A stretch of DNA of 37,560 bases from Armatimonadota bacterium (GCA_037445735.1 JBBIJY010000024.1:1-37560); one strand, 5' to 3'; shown: positions 1 to 9,938, counted from the stretch's first letter. Made by a program: numbers and translations. The notes: generated from the sequence alone by a model not told the origin.

Positions 1-100
1 GCGCCTGAGCAAACACAGGGAACAGAATCGCCGCGAGAATCGCGATAATCGCGATAACCACCAGCAGCTCAATCAGTGTAAAGCCGTTCTGTCTATTCAT
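1..100 (-). CDS. Prepilin-type N-terminal cleavage/methylation domain protein (DUF1559-like), 5' part only; runs off the window start
   Basis: Manual translation from the ATG at 100 gives [33 protein letters not shown] (G|FTLIE type IV prepilin motif). SD AAGGAGG at 113-107. Not in the ORF track. Confidence 0.9.
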   Translation of the reverse strand, partial: MNRQNGFTLIELLVVIAIIAILAAILFPVFAQA

Positions 101-249
101 CGCCAGCCTCCTTATCACTGAGTAGCCCTATTATGGAGATAGCGCTGTTAAGGGGGAGTTAAATAATTTTAAATTTTCGTTAAAAATGGGATGGTTTTGC
201 ATGCGCTGTTCGGTGTGTGTCCGTGCCACTGGCACGATTCTCGAACAGA

Positions 250-414
250 GAGGGTGTTCAAAAAATCCAACCAGAGGAAAGGCTGCCCCTCACCCCGACC
301 CGCTTCCCAGCGGGGAGAGGGAGAAACGAAGCCCTTTCCCTCTTTAGGGGAGAGGGTACGGGTGAGGGGGCTTCACTCAGGTCGATAGGATGCCCCGAAT
401 TTTCGAACACCCTC
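250..414. mobile_element. Non-autonomous MITE (165 bp) with 18-bp imperfect TIRs and 9-bp target-site duplication
   Basis: Left TIR GAGGGTGTTCAAAAAATC (250-267) matches the reverse complement of 397-414, GAGGGTGTTCGAAAATTC, at 16/18. Direct repeat TCGAACAGA at 241-249 and 415-423. No transposase inside. Confidence 0.85.
286..370. repeat. Inverted pair of CCCTCTCCC...GGGAGAGGG-type palindromic repeat units inside the MITE
   Basis: Units at 286-321 and 332-370. The second contains GGGGAGAGGGTACGGGTGAG (347-366), identical to 21023-21042 and 26419-26438. Confidence 0.85.
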
Positions 415-455
415 TCGAACAGAAGGGAATTCATCCGCCTAACTGTTCTCCAAAA

Positions 456-482
456 GCAGGAATCGACGGCAGGGTGTTGTAT
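456..482 (+). promoter_or_regulatory. Putative SigH-like promoter of the amidase gene
   Basis: GCAGG-N18-GTAT, followed by SD AAGGAGG at ~499-506 and ATG at 517. The same motif recurs upstream of several genes. Confidence 0.5.
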
Positions 483-516
483 AGGGGGTGATAGCACCAA
501 AGGAGGTTGTTGAACG

Positions 517-1827
517 ATGCGGATTGGTGGCTGGATTGGTATTGTCGGTCTGCTGGCGATTGCGTGCGGGCAACCCGACTATCCATATGCCCGCTGGATT
601 CCCGCCAGCTCGAGCAACTACACCGTGTCGAATCGTCCCAGTACCTACCCGATTCGCTATGTGATTATCCATGTCACGCAAGGGAGCTACAACGGCACCA
701 TCTCCTGGTTTCAGAACCCCAGCGCCCGTGTGAGTGCGCATTATGTGCTGCGCTCCTCTGATGGCGAGATCACACAGATGGTTCGTCATAAGGATATCGC
801 CTGGCACGCGGGCAACTGGACCTACAACACCCAGTCCATCGGATTGGAGCATGAAGGCTGGGTCAACGATCCCAGCTGGTTCACCACGGCGATGTATCGC
901 TCTTCCGCGAATCTGACCCGCTACATCTGCAATCAATACGGCATCCCCAAAACGCGCAGTTATATCATCGGGCATAATGAGGTGCCCGGTGCGACGCACA
1001 CCGACCCCGGTCCGTACTGGGACTGGAACTACTATATGAGTCTGGTGGCGGGTCCGAACGCGAGTTATGCGGGCGCCAGCTTCCCGTCCACTATCCGTCC
1101 GGGTGAACGCCTGGTGGCTGTGATTCGCTTCAACAACACGGGCGGCACTACCTGGAGTCCGAGCGGCACGAACCCTGTGCGGCTGGGCACGGCGAATCCG
1201 CGCGACCGCAGTAGCCCCTTCTATACGCCCGATAACTGGATTTCGGCGAACCGTCCCACGCCTGTCGATGCCACCACCGCCCCTGGCAGCACGGGCAGCT
1301 TCTCGTTCATCCTCACCGGACCGCGGGGCTACGGCACCTACACCGAGAGCTACCAGCTGGTGCAGGAAGGCATCACATGGTTTGGTCCCACCGTGAGCTT
1401 CAATATTCAGGTGGTGCCGTGGGACATCGTGCTGGACAACACCAGCTCGCAGTTCTCGTTATCGGGCAGCTGGACACAGGGCACGATGGCGTCCGACAAA
1501 TATGGCAGCGACTATTACTGGACCAGCACCAGTCCCTCCTCCACCGCGTATGCACGCTGGTTCCTGAACGCGCCGATCGATGGTGCGTATGATGTGTACG
1601 CATGGTGGAGTCAGGGCACGAACCGCACCACGCAGGCACGGTATGAAATTGCGCACGCTTCGGGCACAACCGCTGTGGTGGTGAACCAGCAGACGAATGG
1701 CGGACGCTGGGTCTACCTGGGGCGGTTCCAGTTCCCGCGCGGGGGCGGCAATGTCTACCTGCGTGCCACCGCGCCGTCGGGCTATGTGGTGATCGCGGAC
1801 GCGGTGCGGATTGTGGGTCCGTACTGA
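517..1827 (+). CDS. Secreted N-acetylmuramoyl-L-alanine amidase (Amidase_2) with Ig-like and C-terminal golvesin/xanthan-lyase-like carbohydrate-binding domains
   Basis: VIIHVT, SAHY, AWHAG, SIGLEHEG, IIGH and HTDPG amidase motifs. C-terminal YDVYAWW...VNQQTNGGRWVYLG...ADAVRI. N-terminal signal peptide and good SD. Confidence 0.88.
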   Translation: MRIGGWIGIVGLLAIACGQPDYPYARWIPASSSNYTVSNRPSTYPIRYVIIHVTQGSYNGTISWFQNPSARVSAHYVLRSSDGEITQMVRHKDIAWHAGNWTYNTQSIGLEHEGWVNDPSWFTTAMYRSSANLTRYICNQYGIPKTRSYIIGHNEVPGATHTDPGPYWDWNYYMSLVAGPNASYAGASFPSTIRPGERLVAVIRFNNTGGTTWSPSGTNPVRLGTANPRDRSSPFYTPDNWISANRPTPVDATTAPGSTGSFSFILTGPRGYGTYTESYQLVQEGITWFGPTVSFNIQVVPWDIVLDNTSSQFSLSGSWTQGTMASDKYGSDYYWTSTSPSSTAYARWFLNAPIDGAYDVYAWWSQGTNRTTQARYEIAHASGTTAVVVNQQTNGGRWVYLGRFQFPRGGGNVYLRATAPSGYVVIADAVRIVGPY

Positions 1828-1832
1828 TGCAC

Positions 1833-1860
1833 GGCGGGTGGGAGTGCACCCCCACCCGCC
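1833..1860 (+). terminator. GC-rich hairpin after the amidase stop (possible terminator or processing stem)
   Basis: GGCGGGTGGG (1833-1842) pairs with CCCACCCGCC (1851-1860). No strong U-tract. Confidence 0.4.
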
Positions 1861-1877
1861 TCTATCGAACCTTTGCC

Positions 1878-3716
1878 ATGCGAACTGTGATGCTTGCGGT
1901 GCTGGGTGCTCTCCTGGTGGCGGCGGTTCCCGCGCAGTTGGTCAGCCTGCACACTGTTGCGGGACTGGAGAAGCCGCTCACGATTCGGGCGACGCGCCTG
2001 ACGCTGGCGGATGTCGTGCGTCAGGTGGCAGCGGCGACGGGTGTGCCACTGGGCGTCGCCCGGGAGATCGAGCAGGAGAAGCTCACTGTGTTTGTCTCAG
2101 CGAAGCCCGCATGGCAGTTGCTGCAGCACATCGCTCGCCTGCTCGAACTGGAGTGGCGCGAGGATCGGGAAAAGGGCGGCTACTATCTGGTTCGCCCTGC
2201 AGCCGTGACGGAGAAAGCGCGGCGGGCGCAAGAGGCACAGGCAGCAGAAACGCGCCGACGTATCGAGCAGGCTCTGCACCAGTGGCAACAGCAGGCACAG
2301 ACCGACTTTATCGCCCTGCGCAACCAGCTGGAGCAGCTCGAAAAGCAAACGGCGTCCCTCGAATCGAGCCGTCCGGATGGCTGGCAGGATCAGCTAACGG
2401 CGCTGGCTCACCGACGGGCGCAGATTCTGCCATGCGCCGAATCGCTGCCCGCCTATCTGATTGGCTGGCTCACGGCGCGGTTCGGGCGCGAGCAGTGGAG
2501 CCGTTTCTGGCAGGGGCTCCCCTTCCTGGCAATCTATCCGCAGCGTGGCAGCGCGTTAGAACTGCCATCCGCCACCCTCGCATGGTTTGCTGCCCAGCAA
2601 AGCTCAAAACTGCAGGGAGCGCCGATCCAGTCCGTCAGCCTGCTGTTCTACCTGCGACAGGGCACGCTCCATGCATACCTGATTGCCCGTGCGCCCAGCG
2701 AGCAGTTTGTGCATCCTGCCCGATTCCCGTTCGGTGACGCGCTGGCGCCCACCGCGACAGGCAAAGTGGTGAATGCGCTGCCAGAGCGGAAAATCGAGCG
2801 CAAGCCCGATGAGCCAGAGCTATCGTGCCCCTATTATGGGGGCGTCTGCACTCTGGCGGAATGGTTAGAGTGGCTGGCAGCGCGCTGTGATGTGCCTGTG
2901 GTTGCCGAATCGTTTCGGTTGCCACTGCGCCGAGCGTCATTGCCGCGTGGAACCAATTTAGCCGACTGGCTCCAGCAACTGGCGCAACAGGAGCCGGTGG
3001 AAATTCGCTTCGACGAGGGCTTTCTGGTCATTCGTTATACCGATTCGTGGCGGTGGCGGCTCAGCGAGATTGGTGAATCGGTGCTGGCACCCTTTGAGCG
3101 CCGCGCTGCCGAGCAGGGAGGGTTAAGCCTGGACGACTATGCGGAGCTGGCGAACTTGCTGACACCTGCCCAGCAGGCGCGCCTGGAACAGCCTGGCTGG
3201 ATCGCGCTCCGATTTGACCCGGCACCGCTGCAACAGGGTATCCCCATTCTGCGCTTCTGGGCGAACCTGACCCCCGCCCAGAAGCAAGCGGCACGCGAAC
3301 GCCAGCCCCTGAAATACGAGCAGCTCACCTACACCCAGCAGCGCCTCTTCTGGGACGCACTGGAGTGGGGATTGGTCAATCCGCAACTCCTTGCTCCCCA
3401 GATGCTCGATCGGATCGATGACCTCTACGCACCTGAAGCATCGGCAGCGCTGGCGTTCTTCCTCGACGACTGGAAACAGAACACCTATCGGGTGAGTAAC
3501 GGCGAGTTCACTGCGGTGTTCGACGATGAGGAGAGCTACCGCCAGAGCCTGCCGAACCTGCCAGTGGGCGCCCGCCCCTACACCACCACCGAAGAGTTCC
3601 GCCACACCTATATGTTCCACTTCGGTTTTGATAGCCAGCATGCTATCATCTGTCCCGTTGTGATCGAGGGACGCGCTGCCGCCAGAGCGGTTGCTCCAGC
3701 GTCGGGTGGGCAATAG
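1878..3716 (+). CDS. Secreted hypothetical protein with an N-terminal secretin/TonB short-N-terminal (STN)-like segment
   Basis: Long ORF. ATG 1878 gives signal peptide MRTVMLAVLGALLVAAVPA. LTLADVVRQVAAATGV...LLQHIARLLELEW resembles STN/N0 domains. Confidence 0.7.
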   Translation: MRTVMLAVLGALLVAAVPAQLVSLHTVAGLEKPLTIRATRLTLADVVRQVAAATGVPLGVAREIEQEKLTVFVSAKPAWQLLQHIARLLELEWREDREKGGYYLVRPAAVTEKARRAQEAQAAETRRRIEQALHQWQQQAQTDFIALRNQLEQLEKQTASLESSRPDGWQDQLTALAHRRAQILPCAESLPAYLIGWLTARFGREQWSRFWQGLPFLAIYPQRGSALELPSATLAWFAAQQSSKLQGAPIQSVSLLFYLRQGTLHAYLIARAPSEQFVHPARFPFGDALAPTATGKVVNALPERKIERKPDEPELSCPYYGGVCTLAEWLEWLAARCDVPVVAESFRLPLRRASLPRGTNLADWLQQLAQQEPVEIRFDEGFLVIRYTDSWRWRLSEIGESVLAPFERRAAEQGGLSLDDYAELANLLTPAQQARLEQPGWIALRFDPAPLQQGIPILRFWANLTPAQKQAARERQPLKYEQLTYTQQRLFWDALEWGLVNPQLLAPQMLDRIDDLYAPEASAALAFFLDDWKQNTYRVSNGEFTAVFDDEESYRQSLPNLPVGARPYTTTEEFRHTYMFHFGFDSQHAIICPVVIEGRAAARAVAPASGGQ

Positions 3717-3750
3717 TCTGGAATTTGCAGTGTCGCTGTGTCCCGAACTG

Positions 3751-3778
3751 GCAGGAACTTCGCGCGTGGGGCGCGAAT
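3751..3778 (+). promoter_or_regulatory. Putative SigH-like promoter of deoC (near-leaderless)
   Basis: GCAGGAAC...CGAAT (GCAGG-N19-GAAT), 9 nt before ATG 3788, no SD. Confidence 0.55.
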
Positions 3779-3787
3779 CTAAAAAGT

Positions 3788-4822
3788 ATGCCTGTGGTGC
3801 TGGAGCGTGCAGAATCGGCGGTGCCAGCGCTGGCGTTTCGGGAGCTGGTAGGGGTTGATCTGCGGGATCGGGCGCGGATTCGACGCCTGATTCCGCGTGC
3901 CGGTCAACCGTGGCGCTCGGTGCCGCCCGTGAACGCCTACGAGCTGGAAGCCCGCTGCGAGTGGCTCAGCCGACGCAGTATCAAAAAAGAGAGCAAGCTG
4001 TTCGCCCTGCGACTTGCCGTGTCCATGTGCGATTTGACGACGCTGGAGGGTCAGGACACGGTGGAGAAGGTGCGTCGGCTGTGCGCCCGCGCCGCGAACC
4101 CCTACACCCCGCGCGAGGGCATGCCGCCGCAGGAGGTCGCCTGCGTGCCCCATGTGGCGGCGGTGTGCGTCTATCCGCCCTTTATCGCGGTCGCCAAAGA
4201 GGCGCTGCAGGGCACAGGCGTGAAAGTGGCAGCCGTCGGCACCGCGTTCCCATCGGGACAATACCCCTTCCGCCTGCGCCTTGCCGATGTCAAATGGGCG
4301 ATTCGCGAAGGCGCAGATGAGATCGACATGGTGATCAATCGCGGGCTGTTCCTGCAGGGCGACTATCGGCGCGTGTTCGACGAAATCGCCCGCATCAAGG
4401 ACGCCTGCGGCGAGCGCGTTCACCTGAAGGTGATACTGGAGACGGGCGAGCTGGGCAGCTACGACAACATCCGCAAAGCCGCCCACATCGCGCTGATGGC
4501 AGGCGCTGACTTCATCAAGACCAGCACGGGCAAGGTTCAACCTGCGGCCACACTGCCCGCCACGCTGGTGATGCTGGAAGCCATCCGCGACTTCTATGAT
4601 GCCACTGGACGCGCCGTCGGCATGAAGCCCGCGGGCGGAATCCGCACCGCCAAAGACGCTATCCGCTACCTGGTGCTTCTGCACGAAACGCTCGGAGCCG
4701 ACTGGCTCACGCCCGAACGGTTCCGATTCGGCGCCAGCGCCCTGCTGAACGACCTGCTGGCGCAGATTGTGAAGCAGCTCACAGGCGCCTACCGCGCCGC
4801 CGACGAATTCTCCTGCGACTGA
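3788..4822 (+). CDS. deoC: Deoxyribose-phosphate aldolase
   Basis: DLTTLEG.DT, AAVCVYP, GADEIDMVI, LKVILETGEL, GADFIKTSTGK, KPAGGIR, RFGAS. Start at ATG 3788 preferred over TTG 3725. Confidence 0.95.
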   Translation: MPVVLERAESAVPALAFRELVGVDLRDRARIRRLIPRAGQPWRSVPPVNAYELEARCEWLSRRSIKKESKLFALRLAVSMCDLTTLEGQDTVEKVRRLCARAANPYTPREGMPPQEVACVPHVAAVCVYPPFIAVAKEALQGTGVKVAAVGTAFPSGQYPFRLRLADVKWAIREGADEIDMVINRGLFLQGDYRRVFDEIARIKDACGERVHLKVILETGELGSYDNIRKAAHIALMAGADFIKTSTGKVQPAATLPATLVMLEAIRDFYDATGRAVGMKPAGGIRTAKDAIRYLVLLHETLGADWLTPERFRFGASALLNDLLAQIVKQLTGAYRAADEFSCD

Positions 4823-4846
4823 CCACCAGAGGGCAGGTGAACAACC

Positions 4847-5632
4847 ATGACAGGGAAAACAGGCAAGGTGTTGATAGAGGTTGATCTCTCCGATCTGGTT
4901 CTGCCGCCAACCGATTTGCCTGAGGAGGACGACACCCCGATGGAGACCGCGTGGCATCGCGTGCAAACGGATTTGCTCATCGAGTCGCTGCTTTACTACT
5001 GGCGCAATCGGAACGACTTCTTCGTGGGGGGCAATATGTTTCTCTATTACAGCACGGAGCAGGCGCAGAGCGTGCTGGAGAACCGCCCCACCTACAAGGG
5101 ACCCGACTTCTTCGTGGTGAAGGACATCGACGGCAGCCAGCCGCGCGACAAGTGGATGGTGTGGGCGGAAGGCGGTCGCTACCCCGACCTGATTATCGAG
5201 TTCCTGTCGCCAACCACCGCCGAGCGCGACAAAACCGAGAAGAAACGGCTCTACGAGCAGGTGTTCGGCACCGAGGAGTATTTCTGGTACGACCCGCTCA
5301 CGCGCGAGCTGGCGGGCTTCGAACTGGTGCGCGGGCACTACGAGCCGAAGCAGCCGAACGAGCGCGGCTGGCTCTGGAGCGAGGTGCTGGAGGCGTGGCT
5401 GGGCATCTGGGAAGGCGAGTATCAGCGTCGACAGCTGGCATGGCTGCGGCTGTATGATCGGGAGGGCAACCTTGTGCCCACGCCTGCCGAAGCCGCCCAG
5501 CAGGCAGCCGAACAGGCACGCCAGCAAGCTGAAGCGGAGCGCCAGCGTGCCGAACGCGCCGAAGCCGAACTCCAGCGGCTCAAAACCCTGCTCCAGCAGC
5601 AGGGTATCACCCTCGAGGAACGCAATGACTGA
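4847..5632 (+). CDS. Uma2 family (DUF820) putative restriction endonuclease with coiled-coil tail
   Basis: PMETAWH, GPDFFVV, PDLIIEFLSPTT..D...KK.LY, EYFWYDP, and a C-terminal AEAERQRAERAE tail. Confidence 0.9.
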   Translation: MTGKTGKVLIEVDLSDLVLPPTDLPEEDDTPMETAWHRVQTDLLIESLLYYWRNRNDFFVGGNMFLYYSTEQAQSVLENRPTYKGPDFFVVKDIDGSQPRDKWMVWAEGGRYPDLIIEFLSPTTAERDKTEKKRLYEQVFGTEEYFWYDPLTRELAGFELVRGHYEPKQPNERGWLWSEVLEAWLGIWEGEYQRRQLAWLRLYDREGNLVPTPAEAAQQAAEQARQQAEAERQRAERAEAELQRLKTLLQQQGITLEERND

Positions 5633-5662
5633 CCATCCAGTCAAAAATGCTGGCTCCATCAG

Positions 5663-5692
5663 GCAGGAGCAGCACATTGGGTGGTGTATAAT
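5663..5692 (+). promoter_or_regulatory. Promoter region of the prepilin gene: SigH-like GCAGG-N18-GTAT overlapping a TATAAT -10 hexamer
   Basis: GCAGGAG at 5663, GTAT at 5686-5689, TATAAT at 5687-5692, SD GGAGG at 5700-5704. Confidence 0.55.
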
Positions 5693-5713
5693 AGACTGCG
5701 GAGGTTGACAACG

Positions 5714-6622
5714 ATGAGGCAGAGCAATCAGTGCAAAGGCTTTACTTTGATCGAGCTGCTGGTCGTGATCGCAATCATTGCGATACTGGCAGCGATCCTG
5801 TTCCCGGTGTTTGCACAGGCGCGCGAGAAGGCGCGCCAGACCCAGTGCATGAACAACCTGAAACAGATGGCAACCGCCACGCTGGGCTATATCCAGGACT
5901 ATGACGAGAAGTTCCCGATGGCGGTCTACGCGCCTGCCTACGGTGGGCGCAATGTGCCCGCCAATCAGCCATGCGCCTTCACCCTGTTTGATGCCATCTT
6001 TCCCTATATCAAGAACTACGATATTGTGAAGTGCCCCTCCGAACCCGACGCGCTGTACCTTAACGCGGGCTTTCGAACCGTGATGAACGGCATGCCGACC
6101 TGCAATGTGCCCGATACGGTAAGCTATATGTTCAACTATGATATTATTCCACCGGGTCAAACCCCTCTTGGCTCTGGTTCGATTAGCAAGGGAACCGTCT
6201 CCATCGCCGAGATTCCCTATGTGGCGGAGACCACCATCAATCTGGAAGCCGATATTGGCTTGTCAGGAAGCTGCGCCCTGATGAAGCGCAAACCTACTGA
6301 TAGCGGGATTAACTTCCCGATACCAGTGCGGGCACGCCATAACGAAATGATCCAGGTGAACTACACGGATGGGCATGCGAAAGCGGTCAAGGGGCGCAAG
6401 TATGGAGGCACGGATTGCTATTATCTCTATCCTGGTACCAACGCCAATCCACCATTCATTGCTCGTGACAACCCCAAGCTGTGGTGTGTTGGGTCAGGTC
6501 CCTACTTGCGTCCGTGTGATTATGCGCCGAACTCGAACCCCTACGCTCCCTGCCGCCCGTACATGGAAGGGATTATCGATCAGGATCAGTACGGGCAGTG
6601 CTATCGATACATTCGGCTGTGA
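5714..6622 (+). CDS. Prepilin-type cleavage/methylation, DUF1559 and H-X9-DG domain protein
   Basis: [51 protein letters not shown], and [16 protein letters not shown] (H-X9-DG). Confidence 0.92.
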   Translation: MRQSNQCKGFTLIELLVVIAIIAILAAILFPVFAQAREKARQTQCMNNLKQMATATLGYIQDYDEKFPMAVYAPAYGGRNVPANQPCAFTLFDAIFPYIKNYDIVKCPSEPDALYLNAGFRTVMNGMPTCNVPDTVSYMFNYDIIPPGQTPLGSGSISKGTVSIAEIPYVAETTINLEADIGLSGSCALMKRKPTDSGINFPIPVRARHNEMIQVNYTDGHAKAVKGRKYGGTDCYYLYPGTNANPPFIARDNPKLWCVGSGPYLRPCDYAPNSNPYAPCRPYMEGIIDQDQYGQCYRYIRL

Positions 6623-6628
6623 ACCTGC

Positions 6629-7939
6629 ATGACGCTTACGGTTCGCGCGTGGATATTGCTAAGTGTGGGCGGGCTGATTTCCCTGCTGGGGGTCGCCCGC
6701 CCGCCGTTGTTGATGTGGGTCGTGCCATATGATCTGGTGGTGGCGGTGCTGATTGTTGCCGATGCGCTGCTGCTGCCGCGCGCGGCTCGCTTTCGGGTGG
6801 CACGCCTGCATGAGGCGGTGCTGTCGCTGGGCACGGCGAACCGTGTTGAGCTGACGCTGAGCGCGGTGGTATCCCGACCGCTGCGCGTGCGCCTGCGCGA
6901 CGAACCACCCCCTGATTGCACCTTCGACCGTCGTGAGTTCGATCTGGTGCTGTTGCCCGACACGCCCGCGCAGGTCGCCTATCATCTCACGCCGCTCTAT
7001 CGGGGCGAGGCGCGGTTTGAGGATGTGTTCCTGCGCGTGGAGGGTCCGCTGGGGCTGGTGTACGGCTTCTATCGGCTGCCCGCCCGCGAGCGCGTGCCCA
7101 TCTACCCCAACCTGTTGCAGCTGCGCGAGTATGAGCTGCTGCGCCATCGCGGGCTGCTGCGCCAGATGGGATTCCGCCAGACGCGCCTGCGCGGGCTGGG
7201 CACCGAGTTCGAATCGCTGCGCGAATACACCATCGACGACGAGTTCCGCCGCATCGACTGGAAAGCGACCGCGCGACGCGGCAAGCCCATCGTGCGCGAC
7301 TATCAGATCGAGCGCAGCCAGAATGTGATTTTGCTGTTCGATGCGGGGCGCAATATGCTGGCGGAGGTGGAGGGCATGCGCAAGTTCGATGCGGTGCTGA
7401 ACACGGGGCTGATGCTGGCGTATGTGGCGACGCAGATGGACGATAAGGTGGGCGCGCTGGTGTTCGCCGATGAGGTGGAGCGGTTCCTGCCGCCTCAGCG
7501 CGGACGCGCCCAGCTCGCGCAGCTGGTGCATGCCCTGCACGCGGTCCAGCCCCGCATGGTGGAAGCCGATTACTTATATGCCATCACCTATTTAGCCCAG
7601 CGGTGGCGCAAGCGCTCGCTGATGGTCATCTTCACCGATTTGATAGACCCCGACGCCTCGCGCGTGTTATTGCACGCGCTGGCAGGGCTGGCGAAGCAGC
7701 ATCTGTGCGTGTGCGTGACGGTGTCTGACCCGCGCCTGCACGCCTGGAGCCGTCTGACGCCGCAGTCGGCGGATCAGCTCTATCGGCGGGCTATCGCGAC
7801 GCAGGTGCTGACCGATCGGCTGGCGGCAGCCCGCACGCTGGAGCGGATGGGCGTGTCCACCATCGATGCCGAACCCGACACGCTGGTGCCCGCGCTGGTC
7901 AACTTCTACCTGCAGGCGAAGGCGCGGGGCGTGCTATGA
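6629..7939 (+). CDS. DUF58 / VWA-domain membrane protein (MoxR-associated type)
   Basis: GTEFESLREY..DD..RRIDWKATAR, LLFDAGRNM, and two N-terminal TM segments. Confidence 0.9.
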   Translation: MTLTVRAWILLSVGGLISLLGVARPPLLMWVVPYDLVVAVLIVADALLLPRAARFRVARLHEAVLSLGTANRVELTLSAVVSRPLRVRLRDEPPPDCTFDRREFDLVLLPDTPAQVAYHLTPLYRGEARFEDVFLRVEGPLGLVYGFYRLPARERVPIYPNLLQLREYELLRHRGLLRQMGFRQTRLRGLGTEFESLREYTIDDEFRRIDWKATARRGKPIVRDYQIERSQNVILLFDAGRNMLAEVEGMRKFDAVLNTGLMLAYVATQMDDKVGALVFADEVERFLPPQRGRAQLAQLVHALHAVQPRMVEADYLYAITYLAQRWRKRSLMVIFTDLIDPDASRVLLHALAGLAKQHLCVCVTVSDPRLHAWSRLTPQSADQLYRRAIATQVLTDRLAAARTLERMGVSTIDAEPDTLVPALVNFYLQAKARGVL

Positions 7940-8593
7940 GCCGCGAAACACCCGTGCCAGCGCCTTCTCATGTTCGATGGGCGTGAGCGCAATCACGGTG
8001 TCGCCCGGCTGCAAAATCAGGTTGGCAAGCCCCAACGTCAGTTGCCCGTTGCGAATGACCGCTGCCAGCATCGTTCTGGGTGGCAGTTCGATCTCGCCGA
8101 TTGCCCTGCCGGCAACGGGCGATTCGGGTGTGACCTCCGCTTCGATGACCTCAATCTGCCCGCGCATCACCGCGCCGATCGGCAGCACCTCGCCGACCTC
8201 CACCTCCTGCTCCAGCAGGTTGAAGATGAAGCGCGTGCTGCACACCGTTTCATGGATGCCCAGCCGGAAGAAGATGGCTTCGTGGCGCGGGTCGCGCACG
8301 ATCGACAGCACGCGGGGAACCTTGAAGAAGTTTTTGGCGAGCTGGCAGATGATGAGGTTGTCCTCGTCGTCGCCTGTGGCGGCGACCACCACATCGGCGC
8401 GGCGGGCGCCCGCCTCGCTCAACACGCGCACCTCACAGGCATCCCCGTACATCACCCGGTCGGACAGCTCGTCGCTGAGTTCCGCCGCGCGCTTGCGGTT
8501 CTTTTCTATCAGCAACACCTCATAGCCGTGCTGGTGGAGCGCCTTGGTCAGATGGTAGCCGATGTCGCCTCCACCGGCGATAATCACATACAT
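7934..8593 (-). CDS. trkA: TrkA/KtrA family potassium-uptake NAD-binding subunit
   Basis: MYVIIAGGGDIG Rossmann motif, GDA, ATGDDEDNL, C-terminal TrkA-C. Start at ATG 8593 with SD GAGGTG. Confidence 0.88.
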   Translation of the reverse strand: MYVIIAGGGDIGYHLTKALHQHGYEVLLIEKNRKRAAELSDELSDRVMYGDACEVRVLSEAGARRADVVVAATGDDEDNLIICQLAKNFFKVPRVLSIVRDPRHEAIFFRLGIHETVCSTRFIFNLLEQEVEVGEVLPIGAVMRGQIEVIEAEVTPESPVAGRAIGEIELPPRTMLAAVIRNGQLTLGLANLILQPGDTVIALTPIEHEKALARVFRGS

Positions 8594-8614
8594 AGCCGTC
8601 ACCTCGTTGCGCCA

Positions 8615-8638
8615 GTAGCTTGGGCATCCTGCCCAAGC
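8615..8638 (+). repeat. GTAG-type REP palindrome
   Basis: GTAG followed by stem (G)CTTGGGC-ATCCT-GCCCAAG(C). A related copy lies on the minus strand at 23295-23316. Confidence 0.65.
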
Positions 8639-8658
8639 CAATAGTATAGCATGCCGGC

Positions 8659-9378
8659 CTACAGTTCGAAGGTTTCCCCGAAGTAGTATTTGCGGGCGAG
8701 CGGGTTGGCAATCACCTCTTCGGGCGTGCCCTGCGCCACGATGATGCCATCCGCCAGAATGTAGCTGCGGTCGGTGATGCGCAGGGTCGCGCTCACATTA
8801 TGGTCGGTGATGAGGATGCCGATGCCGCGTCGCCGTAGCTCCAGCACAATCTGTTGCAGCTCCTCGATGGTTTTGGGGTCGATGCCGGTGAACGGTTCAT
8901 CGAGCAGCAGGAAGGCGGGTTGCAGGGCGAGTGCGCGGGCGATTTCGACGCGGCGTCGCTCGCCGCCCGACAGCACATTGCCGCGCTGATGGCGCAGGTG
9001 CGCGATATGGAACTCCTCCATCAGCTGCTCGGCGCGGGCGCGTCGCTCGGCGGGCGGCACGCCGTTCATCTCCAGCACCAGATGCAGGTTCTGCTCAACG
9101 GTCAAAAATCGGAACACGGACGGCTCCTGGGGCAGGTAGCCGATTCCAAGCCGTGCGCGCCGATACATTGGCAGGCGTGTGATCTCGCGCTCGCCCAGAA
9201 ACACCCGCCCCCCATTCGGGCGCACCAGCCCCACCATCATATAGAAGGTGGTCGTCTTGCCCGCGCCGTTGGGCCCCAGCAGTCCCACAATCTCGCCGGG
9301 GGCGACCTCCAGCGAGACCTCGCGCACCACCGGCTTCTTGCGGTACGATTTTTTCAGTCGCTCCGCCCGCAGCGTCAT
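8659..9378 (-). CDS. lptB: LPS export ABC transporter ATP-binding protein
   Basis: [68 protein letters not shown]. Confidence 0.95.
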   Translation of the reverse strand: MTLRAERLKKSYRKKPVVREVSLEVAPGEIVGLLGPNGAGKTTTFYMMVGLVRPNGGRVFLGEREITRLPMYRRARLGIGYLPQEPSVFRFLTVEQNLHLVLEMNGVPPAERRARAEQLMEEFHIAHLRHQRGNVLSGGERRRVEIARALALQPAFLLLDEPFTGIDPKTIEELQQIVLELRRRGIGILITDHNVSATLRITDRSYILADGIIVAQGTPEEVIANPLARKYYFGETFEL

Positions 9379-9407
9379 TCCGTGTGGAGAAGTGTACCTG
9401 AAAAGTT

Positions 9408-9938
9408 TTAGCGGGTGTGGCTGTAGGGCGCGTTTTTCAGGCGAAGCGTCGTGCGCTTCGCGCCGTTCCGGGCACGCAGCTCCACATCGGCGGGCTTGAC
9501 GCCTTCGGGCAGCCTGATTCGCCAGCGATTACCGCTGATTCGCTCCACCTTCAGCGGCTGGCGCCTGGCGGTGGCTGTCAGACGGGCGTTCGGAGGCGAA
9601 ATCTCGCCTTCCAGCACGCCCGAACGCGCCTCGGTCCACACCACATACGCCTCGCCCCGACTGATCGCCCGCATATAGGCGACCATCGCGCGGACGCCCT
9701 CCTTATTCAGCGTACTGGCTCCTGGCATCGCTTCAACGATTTGCTCCAGATCGGCTGCGGTCGGATACTTCTTTTCGAATCGCGCTTTGAACATCGCGCC
9801 GTCTTTGCCGTGGCAGGCGGAACAGCGACGGTTGAAGAAGCTCACGGTTTCCACAGGTGCCGGACGCAGAGCGCCGGCCACCAGCACGCTGATCACCAGC
9901 AAACCCATCAGCAACAGGCTAACGACCCTCCACATCAT
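9408..9938 (-). CDS. Secreted monoheme c-type cytochrome with an extra C-terminal domain
   Basis: Signal peptide, CSACHG heme-binding motif and a candidate distal Met (AMPG). SD GGAGGT lies in the upstream gene. Confidence 0.75.
   Translation of the reverse strand: MMWRVVSLLLMGLLVISVLVAGALRPAPVETVSFFNRRCSACHGKDGAMFKARFEKKYPTAADLEQIVEAMPGASTLNKEGVRAMVAYMRAISRGEAYVVWTEARSGVLEGEISPPNARLTATARRQPLKVERISGNRWRIRLPEGVKPADVELRARNGAKRTTLRLKNAPYSHTR

Noticed and set aside
230-245. Possible sigma-54 promoter TGGCACGATTCTCGAA
   Set aside because: The -12 element reads TCGA rather than TTGC, so the invariant GC is missing. It is kept only as part of the 222-236 palindrome.
191-513. Short ORFs 191-388, 217-513 and 258-500
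   Set aside because: They are translations of the MITE/REP sequence with no protein-like signal.
517-570. Lipoprotein signal in the amidase (LAIAC)
   Set aside because: The -3 residue is Ala rather than L/V/I, so it is an ambiguous lipobox. Left as a generic signal peptide.
3779-6160. 793-aa minus-strand ORF
   Set aside because: Antisense shadow of deoC, the Uma2 gene and the prepilin gene. It has no recognisable motifs and is expected from high-GC codon bias.
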